From assembly GCA_041577295.1 (NCBI GenBank), contig JBFGJG010000017.1, forward strand, positions 1 to 64,000: a stretch of DNA of 64,000 bases. Reading direction: 5' to 3'. A model generated the notes under the pieces. That model was given only the letters and a program-made list of their open reading frames with translations. It was not told where the DNA came from and ran no database searches. Made by a program: the position numbers and the translations under genes. Within the stretch, counting starts at the first letter, position 1, and every line of letters begins with the position of its first letter. The DNA comes from Gemmatimonadales bacterium. Its GTDB lineage: Bacteria; Gemmatimonadota; Gemmatimonadetes; Gemmatimonadales; GWC2-71-9. This document shows, in pieces, positions 36,422-45,430 of the stretch.

Positions 36422-39400
36422 CGAAGCTGGCCCGCGAATAGGTTGATATCAGCGAAAATCGTGAACACCACTTGAGACAGTTTGCTGGATAAATGTCGCT
36501 GGTCCGTCAGCACATAACTGAACGTAGCCCCCCCTCGCAACGTGGGGGTGAATCCCGTATCGACCCGCACGTCGAACTGCTGGCGTCGACTGTCGGAGAC
36601 GGTATTACACTCGGTCGCGTCCGCGCGTTGTAGGCACACGGCGAGGCGCGACGCATTGAACGACACGGTAGTCTGGATGGGGGCCCGGAGCTCCACGATG
36701 CGGCGCGGAACGCGAAACGCGAAGCTCGCGCTTCCTCCCCAGGTCACCCGGTCGCTCTCGGTCACGTTACCCGAGGTCACCGACTCGCCATTCGTCACCG
36801 AGTATTGCGCGGCCGTGCTGATTCCACCCACCCAGCTCACCGTCACCGAAGGCGCCCAGAAGCGCGAGTTGCTTTCCGTTACCACATCGGGAGCCGCATC
36901 GCTTACCCCGAAGCGCGGTTGACGTGATGACGCGCGTACCAGCCGATATTGGCCCTGTGCCGAGATACCGTTGATCACCGCGCGCAGTGCCCACCGTGGA
37001 GTATATACCCACGATACGGCGAGCGAAGGCCACTCCCGGCTCCGCTGGACCACCTGTGTCTGCGCCTCGCGTCGCCGAGACCAGATGGTATTCCGTGTAT
37101 TGCGAAACGTGACCCGGGCCTGCGCTCCAAGAGGAAGTCGAGTCCCGCCGGTGGCGGCCACAGAGCGCAGTTCGGCTGTCCCGGTCGCGGGGACGCCCGC
37201 CCGTTCGCGAAAGTCGTCGAGCCCCCCCAACCCGAGGTGAAAGCCAACGTTGGGGTCGAATGGGGCGCGATCGAAGCTCGCCCGGTGTTCCAGCGTCTGG
37301 GCCAGATCGGCAGGCAAGAGCCCCCGCATGAGGCGGCTGACGACACTGGACTCACCCGTCACGCTCCGGGCGAGCTGGGCGAGATCGACGTTGGCTCCCC
37401 ATTCGCGCCGACGCGAGTTCGCGAGCGTCGTCGGTACGAGGAACGTCCCGTTCGTATCGGCGTTGGCGCGTACGGCCTGCCGGCTGTTGGGATCGCGGAT
37501 CAGCGAGAATGTGCTGGACCAAGCAAACCGCGGCCTGAGCCAGCGACTCACCACCGGTGCAACGCTGAAAAACGTCGCGAGGTACCGCGACCGTTCGAAA
37601 CCGACGTTCGTGCCGAGCAGCTGTCGGCGCTCGAAATCCAGGAGCCTCCCAACCGTTGTGGAGTCGCCGTAATCCTGGAGATCGCGCTCACTCAGATAGC
37701 TGACGCGGAGTGAGAGCGTTGAAAAAGGTCGGAACTGGATACTCGCTTCATTACGCCACAGGTGCACGACGCTGCGGAGTGGACGGAGTGCGGAGTCCTG
37801 CGGCAACTCGACGGGCACTCGGAAGGCAAATCGATCGGAGACGTTATCGGTGAGGGTCGATGTGAACCGGAGCTGGAAGGGATTCAATCGGAGCCGTGAT
37901 GTGCGAAGCGCCTTTCCAAACTCGCTGTTACGCACGAACCCTGGCAGCCGGTCCACGACCCACAAGAGAAACCCGGGTGCCCCCGCGATCGTGCGCGCGC
38001 CGGGCAGGTTGTTGTATTCCAAGTGAACCTGCTGGCTGGTGGTGTTCGCGCGACTCAACGACGTTACGTCGCGCGCGGAAACGCGACGCATTCGAATGGC
38101 CAGGGGGTCGAGCACGGCCCGTGGCACGACTCCCTCGCCTCGTCGTACCCGACGCAGTGAGAAATCGATCGACGTAAACGAGCTTCCCGGCGGACGCAAG
38201 CCGGGCAACACATCCGCGAGCAAATCGCTCCGGCTGATGAAGAGGGGGTCGTTGCTGGTCGTCTGGTATTGGATCTGGAGTGGTGCGCTCAACCCCCAGC
38301 TGGCTGGGAGGAGCTTCTCGACTCGAAACAGCGAACCGAGGCGTGTGGCGACCTCGGAGATATAGGTGGGGTCTTGGCCGAGCTCGCGAAAACGATCATC
38401 GCGATGCGTGAACCCAAAGGTGAACTCCGCAACGTCCGCGGCGGCGAGCCGTGCATCGATGGCAGCGGCGACGCCAACATCATCCACGACGTCACTCAAA
38501 CGGATGTCGTCTACCCACAGCTCCACCGGGTCTGAAGCCGTGGTCTGGGCGACGCGCAGCATCCCGACCGCTACCTCAGAGACTCGGGCCAAATTGGGCG
38601 GTGCCACACCCGGGTCACGTACGTGCACGACATACGGCCCGTCACATGCCACGAACGCGTTCGGATCGCCACCGCATGGTTCCGCTCCCGATGGGGGATC
38701 GCCACGAAGCCACGCCGCCTCGGTCTGTGCCCTGAGGTCGAGCCACCGCTTGAGATCGACTACCACCTCCGGTTCCCAGTCGACGCTGCTGACCGGAATC
38801 CGATAGAGGTAGAAGTTGTCCTCGTCCCGGCCCACCTTGATGAAAAACTCGAAGTCGCGCTCGTCCCACCCCGGGCCCCGACCCCGCGCCCACACGCGAA
38901 GCTTGGCATACTCGAGAAGGTTGCGGTCCGCCTCGTCTGCAAATCGGCGGAGCGCCTCCGCACGCTCGCCCACGCGGAGATCCTGGGCGAGCAGACGAAG
39001 CGAGCGCTCGTTGATCTGTCGCGGGCCGAACTCGAACTCGGCACCAATGCGTTCTGCCTGGGTGAGAACACCTGGCGGTGACGTGTATCCGAGATCGGCG
39101 TTCTCAGTACTCACGGTCGATACAATGACCTCGCCGTGCGGTTCGCCACGGCTGCCACTCAGCCCGGCGATGGGCGTCGCCGCTCGCTTGATCCACGGTG
39201 AGCCCACGAGCCGCATCCGACCGAGAGCCACGAAGTACTCTTCCTCCATGGGGCCTTCGTCGGGGGAAACCAGCGTGAGGCGCAGCGCTTGAATCTGCCG
39301 GATGTTGGGGTTTCCCACCTGTACCGTGTCTTCGCGGAACGGGATTCGGTACAGCCGCCACGTCAGCGTGCGGCCCTGATCGTCGACGTGACTCACGCCT

Positions 39401-42400
39401 CGCCGCACGAAGTACCGCTCGTCACCGATGGGAAATACGTAGCGGAGCACATCCTCCGCGACGGTTCCAACCGTGACGTCGAGGCGGTTGTCACCGTCGA
39501 GATCCTCAGTATCCAACCGGCGGTTGCGACGGGTGCATGGCGCGCGGAGATCACCTCGCGGAAAGATGGGAAGCCCCACAGAGCCGCCCAAATCGCATAA
39601 CGGGAGCGATCGCACCACGCCCCCGGTGGTCTCGTTGTTGATCAATCCGACCAAATCGCCGCGAATACCGACGTCATCGACAACGGCGTTGAACACATTC
39701 GTCAGAGAGTCCTTCTCGGTGTCGAGCCGGTCAACCCCGACGAACTGGAGGCCGGAAAACAGCGTATCGCCCTCCACGACACGGAACGAGGCTGGCGCTG
39801 CATCGACTGCATCCTCGAACACGGTCCCCATATCGATCACCAGGACGGCGCTGCGCGCACGCGCGGTTCGCGCGCCATCCTCGAGCACCCAAAACTCTAA
39901 AAACTCGGTCCGCGATAGATCGAGCCCGACACCCGAGCCACCTCCGAGCGGCCTCGTAATGCTGCGCCATCGCGGTCCGGGGGTGTGCGGCAGGAACCAT
40001 CGTGGCCGACCCGTACGAGGATCGGGCGCGCCGCCAACGGTGTCGGGCTTTACGGAGAGCCACAACACCGGTTCGATCGAGAAACCCGCCCCCGAGAGGA
40101 CAATGGTCGTATCGATGTCCTGAGGGCCGAACTCCAAGATGCCCGTGGCGGTTTGCACGCCGTTTTGCCAGACCATCCGCGTGGCGTCCTCGGGCTGGAA
40201 CATCCCACCCATTCCCAGGTGGCTCGCGGGAACGCCCAGCCCCGACCCCGGAGCGCTTCCTAGCTGAAACTCCCGCTCGAGGAGCACGATCGGAAACGAG
40301 GCCTCGCGCTCGAACTCCTCGATGAAGGCGAGTCCAGCCTGGTTGGGATTCGGCTGCGAAAAGGCAAGCTCCGCATTGATTTCGAGCCGCGAAGGAACGT
40401 CACTGCTCACGAACGGCAGCGCATTGACCAGCCGGGTCACGGCCTCGGGCTGAAACGTGAGCTCGGCGTTCACGCCGCCCACCAGTTGCGATTGCGGTTC
40501 GAACCCCACCTGCGGCCTAGTGAATACGGATCGTTCGCGCTGCAGGATGCCTACCGCATGGATTTGGCCGATCGCGCCGAGGTCGTACGTCGCCGCGACC
40601 CCGAGGATGCTCTTTGGGGCGACGTCGAAGAACTGATTCTCCTCGAAATGCGCTTCGATCTGGGTTGGACCAAAGAAGAGGGAGTCCGGATTGAGAAAGC
40701 GCACCAGGCCAAGCTGGTAATCGATAGCGTAATCCAGACCCCGAACCAGCTGCCGGCTCCCGAGGAAGAGCCGCTCACTCCCCTCCCGCACTTGCAGCGC
40801 TCCGAGACTGACGGACGAACGGTCACCGGCACCGGCCGCTTCGTAGTAAACCTGGAGCGCGAACCGTGGCGGAGGTCCTTGGGAGAGCAGGAGGTAGGTC
40901 GGCGTGCGATACAATGAGTCGTTCCGCTCACCCGGCAATAAGCGGGTACTGTCGGCAAACGGCTGAAGGTGTGGGAACACCACGAAGAGGTCTCGCACGG
41001 GGCGACCGCCTTCCGGATCGCGCAGCCGGGGGAACACCCGATTGAACTCGTCGATCGTGAAAGGGTCGGTCAGCGTGGCGAGCCCGAGCAACGAGAGGTA
41101 CGTGCCCGAACCGCTGAGCGGCTGCTCCGAATCATTGACCCGTAACGACAGACCGATGGTGCTGCGAACAACCTCCCCGCCCCCAAGTCGGTACACGTTA
41201 CGCAGCTCGTACGGAAACGTCGGGACTTCGGGTCCCCGGCGTGGTTCGTGAATCAGTTCAAGCGTGTCCCCCCTGCCGTTGACGGCGGGGAACGTGCCAA
41301 CCGTGTCTCCCACCGCCGTGATGTAGGACACCGCCAAAAAGTCCTCCTGATCCAACCGTGAGGCCATCGCGAACCAGACACCTGACGGATCGAGGTAGTA
41401 GTCCTGGCCTTCAACGAGTAGCTCCCACGGGAAGGGCCCTACCCGTTGCGGACTGTCTGGTCTCACCGCGACCGCGTCGATGCCACCGAGGTTGCGATTG
41501 ACTTCGGCCCGGCTGTCCTGGGCGCGTAGTCGATAGATCCGGACCTGTTCCACCTGCAGGTCGAGCGGCAGCTGCAAACGATCGATGTTGAGGATGTCGA
41601 TGGCTGGAAAGCCCGGGAGGCTTGCGGGGTTGACGACGAAAAAGAACCGCCCGGACACAAAATCGAGATCGCGTGCCTCGAGATCGATCGGCTGACTGGT
41701 CGTCTCACCGATCGTAAAGATCCGCGACCGTAGGGAGGAACCTTTCTGCTGTGCAAAAATAGAACGGAGCTCGAGCGGTCCTACTTGCGCCTCGGCTTGG
41801 ATGCCAAAGGAGTTCGCTGGTATCGACCCCGTGATGAACCGCGACGGCGGCGGGCGGAAAGTGACATCCCCGACCTCGATGCGGCGGAGGACTTCGTCAT
41901 CGAGCCCTTCGTACCAGACGTTGATATTGTTATTGGCGTTGAACTCCCGCTCGCTGTCGAAATCCACGTCGACGTGGATGCGATCGCTCACCACGCCGCC
42001 TGAACGTACGCGGAACTGTTGATCGAACGAGGGCGTGGGGAAGCCCGCCTGGCAGCCGGTGGCAGGGTTGTTGATGTCCACGCTGCTGCAACGATCTGCT
42101 CGCAGCTGGTCGAGGTTCATTTCGAGATGTGCGCTGAGGTCGAGCCCCAGATCCGCCAGCTGCGCGAGTCCCTCGAGGCCTTCCGCCGGGGGCGGCGGCT
42201 CCTCCGCAATGACCGCGACGGTGTCGGGCACCTCAACCTCGATCGGTGCCAGGGCTGCGAGCAGCCGGGCCCGGGTCCGTTCGTGTCGGGCGCGCTCCAT
42301 GCTGGTCCGCACCTCGTCGGCCCATCGGCGGGCAACGAGCGCGGCCGGGGTCCACAACCCGAGGCGGCCACCCGGGTCCGCCGCCGGAAAGCGAACCGCC

Positions 42401-42567
42401 ACGACGGTGTCCGCGGCGAGACGTATACTTATCCTGGGTGCCGTGGCGTCTTGCTGGGCTCGCAGCGCGGCAGCAGGCAACGTGGCCACGAGCGCGATCA
42501 GCAGCGGTAGACGCGACACCAGAGATGGGGGTGCGGGGTACGCGTCATAGGCGGCGAGCGCAGGCAA
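36418..42567 (-). CDS. sprA: SprA/Sov-like giant outer-membrane protein (2049 aa)
   Basis: Signal peptide; FDQQFRV..GG.V.DRI.VDVDFDSEREF..NNI.V.YEG..DE..RRIEVGDV resembles the SprA N-terminal repeat; EDLDGD, WRLYRIP, ELWVDDIRL; beta-rich C-terminus. Start uncertain. Confidence 0.8.
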   Translation of the reverse strand: MPALAAYDAYPAPPSLVSRLPLLIALVATLPAAALRAQQDATAPRISIRLAADTVVAVRFPAADPGGRLGLWTPAALVARRWADEVRTSMERARHERTRARLLAALAPIEVEVPDTVAVIAEEPPPPAEGLEGLAQLADLGLDLSAHLEMNLDQLRADRCSSVDINNPATGCQAGFPTPSFDQQFRVRSGGVVSDRIHVDVDFDSEREFNANNNINVWYEGLDDEVLRRIEVGDVTFRPPPSRFITGSIPANSFGIQAEAQVGPLELRSIFAQQKGSSLRSRIFTIGETTSQPIDLEARDLDFVSGRFFFVVNPASLPGFPAIDILNIDRLQLPLDLQVEQVRIYRLRAQDSRAEVNRNLGGIDAVAVRPDSPQRVGPFPWELLVEGQDYYLDPSGVWFAMASRLDQEDFLAVSYITAVGDTVGTFPAVNGRGDTLELIHEPRRGPEVPTFPYELRNVYRLGGGEVVRSTIGLSLRVNDSEQPLSGSGTYLSLLGLATLTDPFTIDEFNRVFPRLRDPEGGRPVRDLFVVFPHLQPFADSTRLLPGERNDSLYRTPTYLLLSQGPPPRFALQVYYEAAGAGDRSSVSLGALQVREGSERLFLGSRQLVRGLDYAIDYQLGLVRFLNPDSLFFGPTQIEAHFEENQFFDVAPKSILGVAATYDLGAIGQIHAVGILQRERSVFTRPQVGFEPQSQLVGGVNAELTFQPEAVTRLVNALPFVSSDVPSRLEINAELAFSQPNPNQAGLAFIEEFEREASFPIVLLEREFQLGSAPGSGLGVPASHLGMGGMFQPEDATRMVWQNGVQTATGILEFGPQDIDTTIVLSGAGFSIEPVLWLSVKPDTVGGAPDPRTGRPRWFLPHTPGPRWRSITRPLGGGSGVGLDLSRTEFLEFWVLEDGARTARARSAVLVIDMGTVFEDAVDAAPASFRVVEGDTLFSGLQFVGVDRLDTEKDSLTNVFNAVVDDVGIRGDLVGLINNETTGGVVRSLPLCDLGGSVGLPIFPRGDLRAPCTRRNRRLDTEDLDGDNRLDVTVGTVAEDVLRYVFPIGDERYFVRRGVSHVDDQGRTLTWRLYRIPFREDTVQVGNPNIRQIQALRLTLVSPDEGPMEEEYFVALGRMRLVGSPWIKRAATPIAGLSGSRGEPHGEVIVSTVSTENADLGYTSPPGVLTQAERIGAEFEFGPRQINERSLRLLAQDLRVGERAEALRRFADEADRNLLEYAKLRVWARGRGPGWDERDFEFFIKVGRDEDNFYLYRIPVSSVDWEPEVVVDLKRWLDLRAQTEAAWLRGDPPSGAEPCGGDPNAFVACDGPYVVHVRDPGVAPPNLARVSEVAVGMLRVAQTTASDPVELWVDDIRLSDVVDDVGVAAAIDARLAAADVAEFTFGFTHRDDRFRELGQDPTYISEVATRLGSLFRVEKLLPASWGLSAPLQIQYQTTSNDPLFISRSDLLADVLPGLRPPGSSFTSIDFSLRRVRRGEGVVPRAVLDPLAIRMRRVSARDVTSLSRANTTSQQVHLEYNNLPGARTIAGAPGFLLWVVDRLPGFVRNSEFGKALRTSRLRLNPFQLRFTSTLTDNVSDRFAFRVPVELPQDSALRPLRSVVHLWRNEASIQFRPFSTLSLRVSYLSERDLQDYGDSTTVGRLLDFERRQLLGTNVGFERSRYLATFFSVAPVVSRWLRPRFAWSSTFSLIRDPNSRQAVRANADTNGTFLVPTTLANSRRREWGANVDLAQLARSVTGESSVVSRLMRGLLPADLAQTLEHRASFDRAPFDPNVGFHLGLGGLDDFRERAGVPATGTAELRSVAATGGTRLPLGAQARVTFRNTRNTIWSRRREAQTQVVQRSREWPSLAVSWVYTPRWALRAVINGISAQGQYRLVRASSRQPRFGVSDAAPDVVTESNSRFWAPSVTVSWVGGISTAAQYSVTNGESVTSGNVTESDRVTWGGSASFAFRVPRRIVELRAPIQTTVSFNASRLAVCLQRADATECNTVSDSRRQQFDVRVDTGFTPTLRGGATFSYVLTDQRHLSSKLSQVVFTIFADINLFAGQLR

Positions 42568-42614
42568 TGTAATGGACGATGCAACTCCTTACAACCGGTT
42601 AAGTTACGCGTAGT

Positions 42615-44141
42615 ATGAAGCTGCTCAGTCGATATCTTCTTAAACAGCATGCCATGCCGTTTGTGTTCGCGTTGTCGGCACTGACAGCCATCATGCTGCT
42701 AAACCAGATCGCCAAGCGGCTCGAGGATCTGCTGGGCAAAGGTCTGCCGTGGACCGTGATCGTCGAGTTCTTCGCGCTCACCATCCCGTTCATCATCGCG
42801 ATGACGATCTCCATGGCGGTGCTCGTTGCCGTGCTCTACACGATGAGTCGTCTGACCGGCGACCGCGAGATCACGGCACTCCGAGCCGGTGGCATCTCGC
42901 TGGGGCAGATCCTCCGGCCGCTTGTGGCCGGAGCCGTGTTGGTGACCATTGTGGCATTCCTCTTTGGCGATCAGATCCTTCCTCGGACGAATCACCGGCT
43001 TCGCACTCTGATGACGGATATCTATCGAACGAAGCCGACCTTCTCTCTCAAAGAACACGTGATCAACGAGGTGCAGAAGGGGCGTCTCGCGTTGCGCGCC
43101 GCCCGAATCGATCAGGCGACCTACGGTATGCGGGACGTCACGCTCTACGACCTGAGCAGACAAGATCAACGGCGAATCATCTATGCCGATAGCGGGAGAA
43201 TCGCGTTCGCACCCAATCAAGAGGATTTGCACCTGACCCTGTACGACGGGACGATTCATGAGTTTGACCGCACGGATCTCAGGATGTTCCAGCAGATCAA
43301 CTTCCAACAGGATCAAGTGCTGGTCCGTGGCGTTGGTTCGGAATTCATTCGCCGGGAGGACGACGACTACCGCGGCGACCGCGAGATGGGCATCTGCGAA
43401 TTGGAGGACGTGGTACGGGACGCCCGGCGCGACGAGTGGCTCGCCGCCGCTAGGGCAGAGGCTGTGCGGCTCAACGGATTACGTGCCCTCGTCAGTCTCC
43501 CTCCCGTCGCGCCCGACACGGCGGCACCACCGCTCACGCAGCCGTTCTACTGCCGCACCATCGCGGCGCTCGGCTGGGCGAAGACACGCCTCGCTAACCT
43601 CGTGCGCGAGGACGGGCAGGCGCATGCTCGTGAGGTAGATCAAACTATTTCCGAAGATGAGGAAGACGATCTGCTCGAAGAGCAGGATGCGGGGGCCGTG
43701 GCCGAGTTCCAGCCCACGACAAACGTGGCTGCAACACTCCGTCCTTACCTGCGGCATATGAACTCGGAAACGCGGACCCGTGATTTGCGTGCGCAACGGG
43801 ATCGGGTGCGTTCGGCTCGCATCCGCGGCGCCGTTTACAAGGTGGAGGTGCACAAGAAATACGCGATCCCGGCGGCGTGCTTGGTGTTCGTGCTCGTTGG
43901 CGTACCTATTGCGCTCCGATTCCCCAACGGCGGAGTGGGTCTGGTGACCGGTGCCAGCATGGCGATCTTCGGGCTGTACTACATCGGCCTGATCGCCGGC
44001 GAATCACTCGCGAACCGGTTGATCGTCCCCTCGTTTTGGGCCATGTGGGCGCCCAATGTCGTTTTTGGCGTTGTCGGCGCGATAGCACTGTGGCAAGTGC
44101 GGGGGCAGGGCACGGCACGACGACGCCGGGACGGCAAATGA
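42615..44141 (+). CDS. lptF: LPS export permease LptF
   Basis: L.RYL, DREITALRAGGISL, EVHKKYAIP.AC..F.LVGVP. Confidence 0.85.
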   Translation: MKLLSRYLLKQHAMPFVFALSALTAIMLLNQIAKRLEDLLGKGLPWTVIVEFFALTIPFIIAMTISMAVLVAVLYTMSRLTGDREITALRAGGISLGQILRPLVAGAVLVTIVAFLFGDQILPRTNHRLRTLMTDIYRTKPTFSLKEHVINEVQKGRLALRAARIDQATYGMRDVTLYDLSRQDQRRIIYADSGRIAFAPNQEDLHLTLYDGTIHEFDRTDLRMFQQINFQQDQVLVRGVGSEFIRREDDDYRGDREMGICELEDVVRDARRDEWLAAARAEAVRLNGLRALVSLPPVAPDTAAPPLTQPFYCRTIAALGWAKTRLANLVREDGQAHAREVDQTISEDEEDDLLEEQDAGAVAEFQPTTNVAATLRPYLRHMNSETRTRDLRAQRDRVRSARIRGAVYKVEVHKKYAIPAACLVFVLVGVPIALRFPNGGVGLVTGASMAIFGLYYIGLIAGESLANRLIVPSFWAMWAPNVVFGVVGAIALWQVRGQGTARRRRDGK

Positions 44142-45220
44142 TTTTCCGTATCCTCGACCGATATCTCCTCAGGGAATGGGTCAAGATCTTTGTCGTGACC
44201 GCCATCGGATTCCCGGTGATGGTGATCGTGATCGAGATCGTAGACAACCTCAGCGACTACCTGGCTCGTGGGCTCTCGCCGGGAACAATCGCGCAGGCCT
44301 ACATCTTTAGTCTCCCCGACAAGATCTTTCTCATACTTCCCGCGGCAGTCTTGTTTGCAACGGTGTTCGCACTCGGCGCGATGAGCCGCCACTCAGAATT
44401 GGCGGCGGCGAAGGCTTCGGGGCGCTCGCTCTACCGCATGTTCCTCCCGATCTTATTTGCGTCGACGGTCGCGGCAGGATCGGGATTCGTCATCGGAGAG
44501 GTCGCACCACCCGCGACCAGGAAACACCTCGAGCTATTGGGCGAGCTGGAAACGCGTTCGACGGGCAGCAAGTACAACTTCGTCTACCGTGCCGAGCAGG
44601 GTTGGACGTACGCAATCCGTGTACTGGAGGCGAGCCGCAACCGCATGCGTGATATCATTCTCGAGCGTGAGGGAACCGGCCCGGAGTATCCAACGCTCGC
44701 AATTCAGGCCGCCAACGCGGTGTATGACACCGCTACGACTGGTTGGACATTGAGTCGTGGACGGTTTCGCATCATTCCCGGAAGCCAAGGTGAGTTGTCG
44801 ATGGCGTTCGACTCGATGCGAATGCGCAGCCTCGTCGAATCACCGGATGGACTGCTCATCGAGCCCAAGAAGCCACAGGAGATGCGTTACGCCGAGTTGG
44901 GAGCGTACATCGATGCACTCGTCCGGTCGGGTGGCGATGGGAGGCAGCTGTCGGTCGAGCGCGCCTTGAAGATCGCAGTGCCGTTCACGTGCATCATTAT
45001 CGCCATCTTTGCCGCCCCCTTGGTTGTGAGCGCACCGCGCGCTACGGGTGCGTTTGGCATTGCCGTGAGCCTTGGGACGACGGTGGTGTTCCTGCTGCTC
45101 GTGCAGCTCTCGCGCGCGATTGGGTCGGGGGGCGGTATCTCGCCCGAGCTGGCAGCATGGCTGCCAAACGCGTTGTTCGGCGTCGTCGGTGTTGTCTTGA
45201 TGATCAGAGCGCCGACCTAG
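44138..45220 (+). CDS. lptG: LPS export permease LptG
   Basis: ILDRYL, SELAAAKASG.S, AAWLPN; ATGA coupling to lptF, so start moved to 44138. Confidence 0.85.
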   Translation: MIFRILDRYLLREWVKIFVVTAIGFPVMVIVIEIVDNLSDYLARGLSPGTIAQAYIFSLPDKIFLILPAAVLFATVFALGAMSRHSELAAAKASGRSLYRMFLPILFASTVAAGSGFVIGEVAPPATRKHLELLGELETRSTGSKYNFVYRAEQGWTYAIRVLEASRNRMRDIILEREGTGPEYPTLAIQAANAVYDTATTGWTLSRGRFRIIPGSQGELSMAFDSMRMRSLVESPDGLLIEPKKPQEMRYAELGAYIDALVRSGGDGRQLSVERALKIAVPFTCIIIAIFAAPLVVSAPRATGAFGIAVSLGTTVVFLLLVQLSRAIGSGGGISPELAAWLPNALFGVVGVVLMIRAPT

Positions 45221-45321
45221 CGACAGTCAGCAGCGAGCAGGGAGTGAGCAATCCAAGCCAGTCCCTTTCGCTACGTTCGCTTCACCTGCACGGCTCACTA
45301 GTTACTGCTCCCCGTCCCCAT

Positions 45322-45368
45322 GTTGCATGCGTGCAACTGTTGACACGGGTCTGCCGTTTCTCTTCATT
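45322..45368 (+). promoter_or_regulatory. Putative sigma70 promoter with an adjacent palindrome upstream of the 5'-nucleotidase
   Basis: GTTGCA-N4-TGCAAC (45322-45337), TTGACA (45340-45345), 17-nt spacer, TTCATT. Confidence 0.5.
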
Positions 45369-45430
45369 GGCTGCCAGCCGGCGCCCTAGCCCTCGGAGCC
45401 GTTCAAAAACTCTCAACCGGAGGGACGACC

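Noticed and set aside
45235..45310. Imperfect inverted repeat after lptG as a MITE or ncRNA
   Set aside because: Only 6-7 bp stems and a single copy in the window.
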